Below, one piece after another: positions 42,821-52,478 of a stretch of DNA of 52,478 nt (position 1 is the first letter of the stretch; each line of letters starts with the position of its first letter). Under the pieces are notes generated by a model. The model did no database searches. It was not told the origin of the DNA and worked only from the letters and a program-made list of their open reading frames with translations. A program made the position numbers and the translations under genes. This DNA is from Deltaproteobacteria bacterium. GTDB lineage: Bacteria; Desulfobacterota; JACPFL01. The stretch lies in assembly GCA_016183025.1 (NCBI GenBank), contig JACPFL010000094.1, positions 1-52,478 of the forward strand, read 5' to 3'.

Positions 42821-43261
42821 CTAGATGACCTCCGCCCGCCCGCCCGCCGCCTCGATCTTCGCCCGCGCCTGGGCGCTGAAGCGATGCGCCCGGACCACCA
42901 GGGGGCGGTCGAGGCTCCCCTCGGCCAGCACCTTCACCCCGGCGCGGACCCGCCTGACGAGCCCCCGCTCGCGGAGCGCCTGGACATCCACGGTGCTCCC
43001 CGCCGCGAAGGCCTCGAGGTCGCGGAGGTTGACGACGGCGTACTCCTTGCGGAAGGGGTTCGTGAACCCGCGCTTGGGCACCCGGCGCTGCAGCGGCATC
43101 TGGCCGCCCTCGAACCCCGGCCCCTTGGCCCCGCCGGCGCGCGCCTTCTGCCCCTTGGCCCCGTAGGTCGCATAGCGCCCGTGGCCGGAGCCTGGTCCCC
43201 GGCCCACGCGCTTGCGGCGCCGCCGGGAGCCAGGGACGGGCTTCAGCTCCGACAGGACCAT
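42821..43261 (-). CDS. rplO: 50S ribosomal protein L15
   Basis: [23 protein letters not shown]. Confidence 0.97.
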   Translation of the reverse strand: MVLSELKPVPGSRRRRKRVGRGPGSGHGRYATYGAKGQKARAGGAKGPGFEGGQMPLQRRVPKRGFTNPFRKEYAVVNLRDLEAFAAGSTVDVQALRERGLVRRVRAGVKVLAEGSLDRPLVVRAHRFSAQARAKIEAAGGRAEVI

Positions 43262-43458
43262 CAGCGCTCCTCCCCGGCGCTCTCCCGGACCTCGACGAGG
43301 TGCGCGACGTGCTGCAGCATCCCCCGCACGGCCGGGGTGTCGTCCACGACCACCGTCTGGTGGAGGCGGCGCAGGCCCAGCCCCCTCACGGTCTGCCGCT
43401 GCCGCACCGGGTAGCCGATCACGCTCCGCCTGAGGGACACCACGAGCTTCCTGGCCAT
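43261..43458 (-). CDS. rpmD: 50S ribosomal protein L30
   Basis: [23 protein letters not shown]; position in spc operon. Confidence 0.95.
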   Translation of the reverse strand: MARKLVVSLRRSVIGYPVRQRQTVRGLGLRRLHQTVVVDDTPAVRGMLQHVAHLVEVRESAGEER

Positions 43459-43476
43459 CTCCTGCGCTCCCGCCAC

Positions 43477-43974
43477 CTACTGGACGTCCGCCAGCCGCTT
43501 CCCGCGCTGCCGGGCGATCTCCTCGGGAGCCCGGAGGCCCCGCAGGGCCTCGAAGGTCGCCTTCACCAGGTTGTGGGGGTTGTTGGACCCCAGCCGCTTG
43601 GTCAGGATGTTCTGGATCCCCGCGGACTCCACCACGGCCCGCACCGGCCCGCCCGCGATCACGCCGGTCCCCTCGGAGGCCGGCTTGAGCAGCACGGTGG
43701 CCGCCCCGAACTCCCCGCGCGCCTCGTAGGGGATCGTGTTGTCCCGGATGGGCACCTCGATCAGGCTCTTCTTGCCGTGCTCGATCCCCTTGCGAATGGC
43801 CTCGGGGACCTCTTTCGCCTTGCCCATCCCGTAGCCGACATGGCCCCGTCCGTCCCCCACCACGACGAGGGCGCTGAAGGAGAAGCGCCGGCCCCCCTTG
43901 ACCACCTTGGCCACGCGGTTGATGTGGACTACCCGGTCCTTGAGATCGAGCTCCTCAGCGCTGACCTTCGCCAC
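43477..43974 (-). CDS. rpsE: 30S ribosomal protein S5
   Basis: [24 protein letters not shown]. Confidence 0.98.
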   Translation of the reverse strand: MAKVSAEELDLKDRVVHINRVAKVVKGGRRFSFSALVVVGDGRGHVGYGMGKAKEVPEAIRKGIEHGKKSLIEVPIRDNTIPYEARGEFGAATVLLKPASEGTGVIAGGPVRAVVESAGIQNILTKRLGSNNPHNLVKATFEALRGLRAPEEIARQRGKRLADVQ

Positions 43975-43987
43975 CCCCGTCCTCCCT

Positions 43988-44365
43988 TCAGAACTCCAGC
44001 CCGGCGTCGCGAGCCCCGTCCGCCAGGGCCTTGACCCGGCCGTGGTACAGATATCCCCCGCGGTCGAAGACCACCTGCCGCACGCCGCGCGCCAGCGCCT
44101 TCTGCGCGACGAGCTGCCCGACCCGCTTGGCCGCCTCGGCCTTGCGCTTCCCGCTGGCCGCCGTCGCCCCCCGCAGCTCCGGGCTCAGCGAGGAGGCCGC
44201 GGCCACGGTCCGTCCGTCAGCATCGTCGATCACCTGCGCGTAGATATGCCGGGCGCTCCGGAAGACGCTGAGCCTGGGGCGCTGGGCGCTCCCCACCACC
44301 CTCTTGCGGACCCGCCGCCTCCGCCGGAGGCGGGGGGTCAGGTCCTTGCTCCGCAGCACTGCCAT
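43988..44365 (-). CDS. rplR: 50S ribosomal protein L18
   Basis: [23 protein letters not shown]. Confidence 0.98.
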   Translation of the reverse strand: MAVLRSKDLTPRLRRRRRVRKRVVGSAQRPRLSVFRSARHIYAQVIDDADGRTVAAASSLSPELRGATAASGKRKAEAAKRVGQLVAQKALARGVRQVVFDRGGYLYHGRVKALADGARDAGLEF

Positions 44366-44384
44366 GTCCGCGCTCCCGTCCCGC

Positions 44385-44924
44385 CTACTTTGCCCCGGCC
44401 TTGCCCACCTTCCGCCGGACCTGCTCCCCGCTGTACCGGACCCCCTTGGCCTTGTAGGGGTCCGGCGGGCGGAAGGCGCGGATCTTGGCTGCCGTCTGCC
44501 CCACCAGCTCCTTGTCGATCCCCCGGACGCGGACCGTGGTCTGGCGCTCCACTTCGACCTGGATCCCCTCAGGGATCGGAAACCGCACCGGGTGGGAGAA
44601 CCCCAGGCTCAGGTTCAGCACCCGCCCCTGGACGTCCGCGCGGTAGCCCACCCCCCCGATCTCCAGCACCTTCTCGAACCCCTGGGTGACCCCCTGGACC
44701 ATGTTGGCGAGCAGGGTCCGGGTCAGCCCGTGCAGGGCTCGGGCCCGGCGCTCGTCGTTCCGGCGCCGCACCCGGATCTGCCCCTCGGCGACCTCGACCT
44801 CCACCTCGGGCACCAACACGCGGCTCAGGCCCCCCTTCGGCCCCTCCACCTGCACGGTGGAGTCCTGCAGGGCCACCCTCACCCCGGCCGGCACCGCAAT
44901 GGGCAGCTTCCCGATCCTGGACAT
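44385..44924 (-). CDS. rplF: 50S ribosomal protein L6
   Basis: [25 protein letters not shown]. Confidence 0.98.
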   Translation of the reverse strand: MSRIGKLPIAVPAGVRVALQDSTVQVEGPKGGLSRVLVPEVEVEVAEGQIRVRRRNDERRARALHGLTRTLLANMVQGVTQGFEKVLEIGGVGYRADVQGRVLNLSLGFSHPVRFPIPEGIQVEVERQTTVRVRGIDKELVGQTAAKIRAFRPPDPYKAKGVRYSGEQVRRKVGKAGAK

Positions 44925-44959
44925 CTCAACATCCCCTCAGCGGCTGGCCCCCGGCGCCC

Positions 44960-45358
44960 CTACCAGACGGTGCACAGCAGCTCCCCTCCCACGTTGGCCT
45001 GCCGCGCGCCCTTGTCGGACATGACCCCCTTGGGGGTGGAGAGGATGGCGATGCCAAGCCCGTTCAGGACCGGCGGGATCCGGTCTCGGCCGACGTAGAC
45101 GCGCCGGCCCGGCTTGCTCACCCGCCGGATCCCCGAGATGACGGTCTGCCGGTCGGGGGCGTACTTGAGGAAGACGCGCAGCACCTCATGCCCACCCTCC
45201 TCCACCACCTGGAAGTGCTTGACGTACCCCTCGTCCCGGAGCACCTGGGCGATGGCCAGCTTCAGCTTCGACAACGGCACGTCCACCTTCTCGTGCCGGG
45301 CCGTGTTGGCATTCCGGATGCGGGTCAGCATGTCGGCGACGGGGTCCGTCATGGACAT
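44960..45358 (-). CDS. rpsH: 30S ribosomal protein S8
   Basis: [27 protein letters not shown]. Confidence 0.98.
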   Translation of the reverse strand: MSMTDPVADMLTRIRNANTARHEKVDVPLSKLKLAIAQVLRDEGYVKHFQVVEEGGHEVLRVFLKYAPDRQTVISGIRRVSKPGRRVYVGRDRIPPVLNGLGIAILSTPKGVMSDKGARQANVGGELLCTVW

Positions 45359-45368
45359 CTTATGCCCC

Positions 45369-45554
45369 CTACCAGCTCGCCTTGATGACGCCCGGCAGCT
45401 CCCCCCGGAGGGCCATGTTGCGCAGGCAGATCCGGCACATGTTGAACTTCCGGTAGTACCCGCGCGCCCGGCCGCAGATCGGGCACCGGTGGTGCGCCCG
45501 GGTGGAAAACTTCGCGGGGCGACTCGCCCGCACCTTCTGAGAGACCTTCGCCAC
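45369..45554 (-). CDS. rpsN: 30S ribosomal protein S14 type Z (Zn-binding)
   Basis: RCPICGR...[18 protein letters not shown]; GTG start. Confidence 0.96.
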   Translation of the reverse strand: MAKVSQKVRASRPAKFSTRAHHRCPICGRARGYYRKFNMCRICLRNMALRGELPGVIKASW

Positions 45555-45568
45555 GACCGCCTCCCTCG

Positions 45569-46222
45569 CTAGCCCTGCCGGAAGGGCATGCCCAGCCGCT
45601 GCAGCAGCGCCCGCGCCTCCTCGTCGTTCCGCGCGCTGGTGCAGATGGTGATATTCATGCCCTTGACCTTCTCCACCTTGTCGATGTCCACCTCGGGGAA
45701 GATGACCTGCTCCCGCACCCCCAGGGTGTAGTTGCCGCGGCCGTCGAACCCCCGGGGGGAGACCCCCTTGAAGTCCCGCACCCGGGGCAGGGTCACGTTC
45801 ACCAGGCGGTCGAAGAAGTCGTACATCCGGCCGCCCCGCAGGGTCACCATGGCCCCCACGGACATCCCCGTCCGGAGCTTGAAGGCCGCGATGGACTTCC
45901 GGGCGCGGGTCACCACGGGCTTCTGGCCGGCCAGCGCCGCCAGGTCGCGCGTGGCGGAGTCCAGGATCTTGATGTTCTGGCTCGCCTCGCCCAGCCCCAT
46001 GTTGACGACGATCTTGCCCAGGCGCGGGACCTGCATGACGTTGCGGTAGCCGAACTCCTTCCGGAGCGCCGGCACGACCTGAGCGCGGTACAGCTCCTTC
46101 AGCCTGGGGGCGTAGGGGCCCTGGGGCTCTTCCGGTTCGGGCTCCCGCCCCTTGGCCGCCGGGCCGGGCCGGCCCGCCGCCTCCTTCGCCTTCTTCGTCT
46201 TCGCCGGCTCCTTCGCCATCAC
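45569..46222 (-). CDS. rplE: 50S ribosomal protein L5 with N-terminal extension
   Basis: [30 protein letters not shown]. Confidence 0.98.
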   Translation of the reverse strand: MMAKEPAKTKKAKEAAGRPGPAAKGREPEPEEPQGPYAPRLKELYRAQVVPALRKEFGYRNVMQVPRLGKIVVNMGLGEASQNIKILDSATRDLAALAGQKPVVTRARKSIAAFKLRTGMSVGAMVTLRGGRMYDFFDRLVNVTLPRVRDFKGVSPRGFDGRGNYTLGVREQVIFPEVDIDKVEKVKGMNITICTSARNDEEARALLQRLGMPFRQG

Positions 46223-46231
46223 GCGCTCCCG

Positions 46232-46570
46232 CTAGGCCCGCCTGTCGAGGATCTCGCCGCACCGCTTGCAGACTCGCGCCTTGCGCCCGTCCTCCAGGAT
46301 CCGGTGGCCGGCCCTGACCGGCTTCCGGCAGCGCTCGCACAGGAGCAGCACGTTGGAGATGTGGATGGAGGCCTCGCGCTCGATGATCCCTCCCTGGGGC
46401 GCCTTCTTGCTCGGCTTGGTGTGGCGCTTGATCAGGTTCACGCGCTCCACCACCAGGCGGTCCCGCTTGGGGAGGATGCGGAGCACCTTCCCCGACCTGC
46501 CCCGCTCCTTTCCGGCGATGACCATCACCAGGTCGTCCTTGCGCACGTGGTAGCGCGGCCTCAAGTTCAC
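46232..46570 (-). CDS. rplX: 50S ribosomal protein L24
   Basis: [29 protein letters not shown]. Confidence 0.97.
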   Translation of the reverse strand: MNLRPRYHVRKDDLVMVIAGKERGRSGKVLRILPKRDRLVVERVNLIKRHTKPSKKAPQGGIIEREASIHISNVLLLCERCRKPVRAGHRILEDGRKARVCKRCGEILDRRA

Positions 46571-46578
46571 GGCCGACC

Positions 46579-46947
46579 TCACAGGACCTCGGGGGCCAGG
46601 GAGATGATCTTCATGAACTTCCTCCCCCTGAGCTCCCGGGCCACCGGGCCGAAGATCCGCGTGCCCACCGGCTCGTTCTGGGGATTGATGAGCACGGCCG
46701 AGTTCGTGTCGAACTTGATGTAGGTCCCGTCGGGCCGTCCCACCTCCTTCGTGGTGCGGACGACCACCGCCTTCATGACGTCCCCCTTCTTGACCTTGGA
46801 GAACGGGAGGGCCTCCTTGATCGAGACCACGATGATGTCCCCGACCGTGGCGTAACGCCGGTGGGACCCGCCCAGCACCCGGATGCAGAAGAGCTTCTTC
46901 GCCCCCGAGTTGTCCGCCACGTCCAGCATCGTCTGCTGCTGAATCAT
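46579..46947 (-). CDS. rplN: 50S ribosomal protein L14
   Basis: [27 protein letters not shown]. Confidence 0.99.
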   Translation of the reverse strand: MIQQQTMLDVADNSGAKKLFCIRVLGGSHRRYATVGDIIVVSIKEALPFSKVKKGDVMKAVVVRTTKEVGRPDGTYIKFDTNSAVLINPQNEPVGTRIFGPVARELRGRKFMKIISLAPEVL

Positions 46948-46976
46948 CGCCGCCTGATCCCCACACGCCCCGGGGC

Positions 46977-47234
46977 TCACCCCGCCCGCTGCAGGATCTC
47001 CCGGACCCGCCAGCGCTTCTCCTTGCTCAGCGGGCGCGTCTCCACGATGAGGACCCGGTCGCCCACCTGGCAGGCGTTCTGCTCGTCATGCGCCTTGTAC
47101 TTGACCCGCTTCCGCACGAACTTCTTGAAGCGCGGATGCTGCACCATCCGCTCCACCGTCACCACCACGGTCTTCTGCATCTTGTTGCTGACGACCGTCC
47201 CGATCCGGGTCTTCGGCTGTCCGCGCCCCGCCAC
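46977..47234 (-). CDS. rpsQ: 30S ribosomal protein S17
   Basis: [22 protein letters not shown]. Confidence 0.98.
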   Translation of the reverse strand: MAGRGQPKTRIGTVVSNKMQKTVVVTVERMVQHPRFKKFVRKRVKYKAHDEQNACQVGDRVLIVETRPLSKEKRWRVREILQRAG

Positions 47235-47238
47235 CGCC

Positions 47239-47436
47239 CTAGCCCCCCTGCGCCGCCCGCTCCCGCAGGAGGGTCTTCACCCGGGCGACGTCCCGCCGGA
47301 CCAGGCGCAGCCGGGCCGGGGACTCGAGCTGGTTGGTCCGGTGCTGGAAGCGCAGGTTGAACAGCTCCCGCTGCAGCTCCCGCTCCTTCTGGCGGAGCTC
47401 CTCGAGTCCGAGGTCCCTGAGCTCCTGCGGCGTCAT
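47239..47436 (-). CDS. rpmC: 50S ribosomal protein L29
   Basis: [18 protein letters not shown]. Confidence 0.96.
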   Translation of the reverse strand: MTPQELRDLGLEELRQKERELQRELFNLRFQHRTNQLESPARLRLVRRDVARVKTLLRERAAQGG

Positions 47437-47849
47437 GCGTGCTCCTCCCGGGCCACGAAGCGCGCCGCGATGGGGAGCTTGTGGGCGGCGAGCCGGCAGG
47501 CCTCCCGGGCCACATCTCCCGGGATCCCCTCCAACTCGAACAGGATCCGCCCCGGGCGGACCACGGCCACCCACTCCTCCGGGTTCCCCTTCCCCTTGCC
47601 CATCCGGGTCTCGGCGGGCTTCTTGGTGACGGGCTTGTCCGGGAAGACGGTCACCCAGACCTTGCCCCCGCGCTTGATGAATCGGGTGACGGCGATCCGG
47701 GCGGCCTCGATCTGGCGGGCCGTGAGCCAGCAGCACTCCAGGGCCTGCAGCCCGTAGTCGCCGAAGCCCAGGGTGTTGCCCCTGGCGGCCAGCCCGGTCA
47801 TCCGGCCGCGCTGCTGCTTGCGGAACTTGACCTTCTTGGGCATCAGCAT
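47433..47849 (-). CDS. rplP: 50S ribosomal protein L16
   Basis: [24 protein letters not shown]. Confidence 0.98.
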   Translation of the reverse strand: MLMPKKVKFRKQQRGRMTGLAARGNTLGFGDYGLQALECCWLTARQIEAARIAVTRFIKRGGKVWVTVFPDKPVTKKPAETRMGKGKGNPEEWVAVVRPGRILFELEGIPGDVAREACRLAAHKLPIAARFVAREEHA

Positions 47850-47852
47850 GGG

Positions 47853-48515
47853 CTAGACCTCGGCCCGGCGGGCCGGCTTGACCTCCCCGTGGAAGAGCCA
47901 GGCCTTCACCCCGATCACGCCGTAGGTGGTCCGGGCCAGGGCCGTCCCGTAGTCGATGTCGGCCCGGAGCGTGTGCAGGGGGACCCGCCCCTCCCGGTAC
48001 CACTCGCTCCGCGACATCTCCGACCCGCCCAGCCGTCCCGCGCAGGCGACCTTGATCCCCGTGGCCCCCAGCTTCATGGCCGTGGTCACCGCGCGCTTCA
48101 TGGCCCGCCGGAAGGCGATGCGGCGCTCCAGCTGCAGGGCGATGTTCTCGGCCACGAGCTGGGCATCGGTCTCGGGCCTCCGGACCTCGATGATGTTCAG
48201 GTAGATCTCCTTCTTGATCTTCCCCTCCTGGGTCATCCGTTCGAGCTCTTTCTTCAGGGCCTCGACCTCGGTCCCCTTCTTCCCGATGACGATCCCCGGC
48301 CGGGCGGTGTGGATGTTGATCCGGACCTTGGTGGCCGCCCGCTCGATCTCGATCTTCGAGACCCCGGCGTGGTAGAGCTTCTCCTTGAGGTGCGTGCGCA
48401 CCCGGTGGTCCTCATGGACCAGCTTGGCGTACTCCTGCCGTTCCGCGAACCAGCGGGAGTCCCAGGTCTTGAGGATCCCGAGCCGGAACCCCACGGGATG
48501 GACCTTCTGCCCCAC
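47853..48515 (-). CDS. rpsC: 30S ribosomal protein S3
   Basis: [33 protein letters not shown]. Confidence 0.98.
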   Translation of the reverse strand: MGQKVHPVGFRLGILKTWDSRWFAERQEYAKLVHEDHRVRTHLKEKLYHAGVSKIEIERAATKVRINIHTARPGIVIGKKGTEVEALKKELERMTQEGKIKKEIYLNIIEVRRPETDAQLVAENIALQLERRIAFRRAMKRAVTTAMKLGATGIKVACAGRLGGSEMSRSEWYREGRVPLHTLRADIDYGTALARTTYGVIGVKAWLFHGEVKPARRAEV

Positions 48516-48524
48516 GATCGCCTC

Positions 48525-48857
48525 CTACTCCTCGTCCAGCACCACGGTGATGTGGCTCGACCGCTTCAGGACGCGGTGGGCCCGGCCGAAGGCCACCGGC
48601 TGGATCCGCTTGAGCGAGGGCCCCGGCCCCACCTCCACCCGCTTCACGTAGAGCGTGTCCACGTCGATCTTCTGGCTCTGCTGGGCGTTCGCCACGGCCG
48701 ACTTCAGGACCTTGGCGACCACCCGGGCCGCAGCCTTGGGGGTGAAGGCCAGGACGTTCAGCGCCTCGCCGATCTTCTTGCCCCGGATGAGCTCCGCCAC
48801 CAGCCCCACCTTGCGGGGGGGGACCCGCATGAACCGTGCGACCGCCCGCGCCTCCAT
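48525..48857 (-). CDS. rplV: 50S ribosomal protein L22
   Basis: PRKVGLVAELIRGK, SAVANA, KRSSHITV. Confidence 0.98.
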   Translation of the reverse strand: MEARAVARFMRVPPRKVGLVAELIRGKKIGEALNVLAFTPKAAARVVAKVLKSAVANAQQSQKIDVDTLYVKRVEVGPGPSLKRIQPVAFGRAHRVLKRSSHITVVLDEE

Positions 48858-48901
48858 CCTCGCCTCGCCTCACGCCCCGGAGGGCCCGCCAGATCGCCCC
48901 G

Positions 48902-49195
48902 CTACCGGCCCGGCCGCTTGACCACCTTGGTCTTCCGGTCCCCCGAGTGACCGTGGAAGGTCCGGGTTGGGGCAAACTCCCCCAGCTTGTGCCCGACCAT
49001 GTGCTCGGTGACATAGACCGGAATGAACTTCCTGCCGTTGTGCACCGCCAGGGTATGCCCCACGAACTCCGGCAAGATGGTCGAGCGCCGGGACCAGGTC
49101 TTCACGACCCGCTTCTGGTTGGTCCGGTTCAGCTCCTCCACCTTCTCCAGCAGATGCCCATCGACGAAGGGCCCCTTCCGCAGTGACCGCCCCAT
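48902..49195 (-). CDS. rpsS: 30S ribosomal protein S19
   Basis: [28 protein letters not shown]. Confidence 0.99.
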   Translation of the reverse strand: MGRSLRKGPFVDGHLLEKVEELNRTNQKRVVKTWSRRSTILPEFVGHTLAVHNGRKFIPVYVTEHMVGHKLGEFAPTRTFHGHSGDRKTKVVKRPGR

Positions 49196-49207
49196 CCCAG
49201 GCCCCCC

Positions 49208-50032
49208 CTACCGGCGCCGCTTCACGATGTACCGGTCCGTGGTCCGGCGGCGTCGGGTCTTGTACCCCTTGGTCGGCCACCCCCACGGGCTGACCGGGTG
49301 CGGGTTGCCCTGGGGCGCCTTCCCCTCGCCACCCCCGTGCGGATGGTCCACCGGGTTCATGGCCACCCCCCGCACGTGGGGGCGCCGCCCCAGCCACCGG
49401 GAGCGCCCGGCCTTCCCGATGGAGAGGTTCCCGTGCTCCAGGTTCCCCAGCTGGCCGATGGTCGCCATGCAGTTCAGGTGCACCAGCCGGACCTCGTTCG
49501 AGGGGAGCTTCAGGGTGGCGTACTCTCCCTCCTTGGCGAGGAGCTGGGCGTAGGTCCCGGCGCTCCGGGCGAGCTGCCCCCCTTTGCCGGGCTTCAGCTC
49601 GATGTTGTGCACCGAGGTCCCCAGCGGGACCTCGCGCAGCGGCAGGGCGTTGCCCGGCCGGATCTCCGCCTGGGCCGAGGCCAGCACGCTGTCGCCGACC
49701 CGCAGGTCCTGCGGCGCCAGGATGTAGCGCTTCTCGCCGTCCGCGTAGTGGAGGAGGGCGATCCGGGCGGAGCGGTTCGGGTCGTACTCGATGGCCGCCA
49801 CCCTCGCCGGGATCTCCCGCTTGTCGCGCCGGAAGTCGATCACCCGGTAGTGCCGCTTGTGGCCCCCGCCCCGGAAGCGGACCGTCATCCGACCCTGGTT
49901 GTTGCGTGCCCCGCTGGAGCGCTTGGGCCGGAGCAGCCGCCGCTCCGGGACGGTCTTGGTGATCTCCTCGAAGGTCGACCCGGTCTGGAACCGGCGCCCC
50001 GGCGAGGTCGGTTTGTGCACCTTGACGGCCAT
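49208..50032 (-). CDS. rplB: 50S ribosomal protein L2
   Basis: [30 protein letters not shown]. Confidence 0.99.
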   Translation of the reverse strand: MAVKVHKPTSPGRRFQTGSTFEEITKTVPERRLLRPKRSSGARNNQGRMTVRFRGGGHKRHYRVIDFRRDKREIPARVAAIEYDPNRSARIALLHYADGEKRYILAPQDLRVGDSVLASAQAEIRPGNALPLREVPLGTSVHNIELKPGKGGQLARSAGTYAQLLAKEGEYATLKLPSNEVRLVHLNCMATIGQLGNLEHGNLSIGKAGRSRWLGRRPHVRGVAMNPVDHPHGGGEGKAPQGNPHPVSPWGWPTKGYKTRRRRTTDRYIVKRRR

Positions 50033-50033
50033 C

Positions 50034-50324
50034 CTAGGCCCCCTCGAAGAACTCGATCTTCTGGCCCTGGCGGAGCGTCACGACGGCCTTCTTCCAGTCC
50101 GGCCGCCGGCCGGCGAACCGTCCCAGGCGCTTGCGCTTCCCCTCGATGTTCAGCGTCCGGACCTTCGCCACCTTCACCCGGAACAGCTGCTCCACCGCCT
50201 GCTTGATCTCGATCTTGTTGGCGTCCGGGGCCACCTGGAAGACGTACTGGTTGGCGGCTTCCCGCAGGGCCGTGCTCTTCTCGGTGATGAGCGGCCGCAT
50301 GAGCACCTGATGGATGTCCCTCAC
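50034..50324 (-). CDS. rplW: 50S ribosomal protein L23
   Basis: [22 protein letters not shown]. Confidence 0.98.
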   Translation of the reverse strand: MRDIHQVLMRPLITEKSTALREAANQYVFQVAPDANKIEIKQAVEQLFRVKVAKVRTLNIEGKRKRLGRFAGRRPDWKKAVVTLRQGQKIEFFEGA

Positions 50325-50950
50325 GGCTCGAGCGCTCCTTGGATCTGCTCCAGGGACGGCTCGGTCAGCACGAGGTGCTCGTGGCGGAGCACGTCATAGA
50401 CGTTCAGCCCCTCGGCCCGGAGCACCTTCACGCGGGGGACGTTCCGGGCCGCCCGCTCCAGGGCCGTGTCCGGAGCCGCGGTCACGACCAGCCCGTTCGA
50501 CACGCCCAGCCCCCGCATCACCGCCACGAACCCCTTGGTCTTGCCGTCGGGGACCCGCAGGTCGCGGACGACCAGGAGCCGCCCCTCCTGGAGCTTCTGG
50601 GTCAGCGCGACGCGCAGGGCCGCCCGCCGCACCTTCTTGGGGACCGAGAAGCCATGATCCCGCGGGTGCGGGCCGAAGATGATCCCGCCGCCCCGCCACA
50701 GGGGAGACCGGATGCTCCCGGCGCGCGCCCGCCCCGTCCCCTTCTGGCGCCAGGGTTTGCGCCCACCCCCCGAGACCTCCGCGCGGGTCTTCGTGTCGTG
50801 GGTCCCGGCCCGCCGGCTGGCGAGCTGCATCCGCACCACCTCGTGCAGCAGGTGCCGCTTCACCTCGGCCTCGAAGATCCCGGCCGACACCTCCACCTGG
50901 CCCACCTTGGCCCGGGTGATGTCCAGCACGTCCAGCACCGGCACGGTCAT
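50321..50950 (-). CDS. rplD: 50S ribosomal protein L4
   Basis: [32 protein letters not shown]. Confidence 0.98.
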   Translation of the reverse strand: MTVPVLDVLDITRAKVGQVEVSAGIFEAEVKRHLLHEVVRMQLASRRAGTHDTKTRAEVSGGGRKPWRQKGTGRARAGSIRSPLWRGGGIIFGPHPRDHGFSVPKKVRRAALRVALTQKLQEGRLLVVRDLRVPDGKTKGFVAVMRGLGVSNGLVVTAAPDTALERAARNVPRVKVLRAEGLNVYDVLRHEHLVLTEPSLEQIQGALEP

Positions 50951-50957
50951 CCTCCCG

Positions 50958-51611
50958 CTAGGCCCGCGCCGCGCGCGCCCCCTGGGGCTTCTTCACGGCC
51001 GGGCGGATCAGCACGTAGCCCCCGCGGGGGCCCGGCACCGATCCCCGGATCAGCAACAGGTGCCGCTCGGGCTGCACGCCCACCACCAGCAGGCTGAGGG
51101 CCGTCACCCGGTCATGGCCCATGTGACCGGGCATGTGGTGGCCCGGCCAGACGCGGGAGGGGTCACTGGAGGCGCCGATGGAGCCGGGGGCCCGGTGGAA
51201 CATGGACCCGTGGCTCATGGGCCCGCCCCAGTAGTTCCAGCGCCGCACCCCGCCCTGGAACCCCTTCCCCTTGCTCGTCCCGGTGACGTCCACATACTCG
51301 CCGGGGTGGAACAGCTCGGCCGAGATCCGTTGCCCGACCTGGAAGACGCCGGGGTCCGCCACCGGGAACTCGCGGAGCAGGGCGAAGGCCTTCTCCCCGG
51401 CCTTCTTCAGGTGGCCCTGGAGGGGCTTGGGGGCCCGCCTGAGCGGGCGCTCGTCGAACCCGAGCTGGACCGCGCCGTACCCGTCCCGCGGCGAGGTCCG
51501 CGTCTGCACCACCGTGCAGGGGCCCGCCTGCAGGACCGTCACCCCGACCAGGCTCCCCACCGCGTCGAACACCTGCGTCATCCCGAGCTTCTTGCCGATC
51601 AACCCGATCAT
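50958..51611 (-). CDS. rplC: 50S ribosomal protein L3
   Basis: [28 protein letters not shown]. Confidence 0.98.
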   Translation of the reverse strand: MIGLIGKKLGMTQVFDAVGSLVGVTVLQAGPCTVVQTRTSPRDGYGAVQLGFDERPLRRAPKPLQGHLKKAGEKAFALLREFPVADPGVFQVGQRISAELFHPGEYVDVTGTSKGKGFQGGVRRWNYWGGPMSHGSMFHRAPGSIGASSDPSRVWPGHHMPGHMGHDRVTALSLLVVGVQPERHLLLIRGSVPGPRGGYVLIRPAVKKPQGARAARA

Positions 51612-51645
51612 CGTCGTCCCGCCGCAGGGCGCGCCCCCCGGGGCT

Positions 51646-51963
51646 CTACTGCAGCTTGATCTCCACGTCCACCCCGGCGGCCAGGTCGAGCTTCATCAGG
51701 GCGTCCACCGTCTGCTGGGTGGGTTCCAGGATGTCCACCAGGCGCCTGTGCGTCCGGATCTCGAACTGCTCGCGGGACTTCTTGTCGATGTGGGGGGAGC
51801 GCAGCACGGTGTAGCGGTTGATGGACGTGGGCAGGGGGATGGGCCCTGCGACGCGCGCCCCGGTGCGCCGGGCCGTGTCCACGATCTCGTTGACGGACTG
51901 GTCCAGGAGCCTGTGGTCGTAGGCCTTCAGCCGAATCCGGATCTTCTGGCTCGCGTTCGCCAT
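51646..51963 (-). CDS. rpsJ: 30S ribosomal protein S10
   Basis: [23 protein letters not shown]. Confidence 0.99.
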   Translation of the reverse strand: MANASQKIRIRLKAYDHRLLDQSVNEIVDTARRTGARVAGPIPLPTSINRYTVLRSPHIDKKSREQFEIRTHRRLVDILEPTQQTVDALMKLDLAAGVDVEIKLQ

Positions 51964-51981
51964 GGCTCACGTCCCCGGGGG

Positions 51982-52478
51982 CTACTCGATGACCTCGCTG
52001 ACCACCCCGGCCCCCACCGTCCGGCCCCCCTCCCGGATCGCAAACCGCAGCTCCTTCTCCATCGCGATCGGCGTGATCAGCTCCACCGCCAGCCCCACGT
52101 TGTCCCCCGGCATCACCATCTCCACCCCCTCCCGCAGCGTCACCACCCCTGTCACGTCCGTCGTCCGAAAGTAAAACTGCGGCCGGTACCCGTTGAAAAA
52201 CGGCGTGTGCCGCCCCCCCTCCTCCTTCGTCAAAATGTACACCTCCGCCTGAAACTTCCGGTGCGGCGTGATCGACCCCGGCTTCGCCAACACCATCCCC
52301 CGCTCCACCTCCTCCTTCTTCACCCCCCGCAGCAGCACCCCGATGTTGTCCCCCGCCTGCCCCTGGTCCAGCAGCTTCCTGAACATCTCCACCCCCGTCG
52401 CCACCGTCTTGCGCGTCGGCCCCAGCCCCACCACCTCCACCTCGTCCGCCACCTTCACCACCCCCCGCTCCACCCGCC
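51982..52478 (-). CDS. tuf: Elongation factor Tu, 3' part (5' end outside window)
   Basis: [45 protein letters not shown]. Confidence 0.99.
   Translation of the reverse strand, partial: RVERGVVKVADEVEVVGLGPTRKTVATGVEMFRKLLDQGQAGDNIGVLLRGVKKEEVERGMVLAKPGSITPHRKFQAEVYILTKEEGGRHTPFFNGYRPQFYFRTTDVTGVVTLREGVEMVMPGDNVGLAVELITPIAMEKELRFAIREGGRTVGAGVVSEVIE

Overview
High-GC (roughly 70% by eye) bacterial chromosomal segment. Gene content (LptD, PilG/PilI-like genes, alaC-hom-thrC order, sigma54 promoter) suggests a diderm deltaproteobacteria-like lineage; this is an inference. From ~4.6 kb to the end almost all genes are on the minus strand. In transcription order they are: partial tuf; the complete S10-spc-alpha ribosomal protein cluster running straight into trpDCFBA; a 44-aa Cys-rich sORF coupled to a class II cAMP phosphodiesterase-like gene, folC and lptD; FBP aldolase/phosphatase, an SDR epimerase and a ROK kinase; lepA-lepB; an attenuator-led pyrB (fused to a PyrI zinc domain)-carA-carB-greA-recG; broken lipA, frameshifted alaC, hom, thrC; and a PilG/XapA-like gene, a PilI-like permease and an O-antigen ligase-TPR gene. 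The first 4.6 kb is accessory. It holds a sigma54-driven exported FecR-domain protein with a long A-K-[DE]-x repeat stalk, followed by a TPR plus outer-membrane beta-barrel protein. The stalk is split by a 127-bp ~54% GC segment flanked by CGCCA, and removing it restores the reading frame; it may be a real insertion or an assembly gap artefact. Other oddities are apparent short internal deletions in four housekeeping genes, a probable CTG start for recG, and extreme G-ending codon skew confined to tuf. I found no rRNA, tRNA, CRISPR array or transposase.
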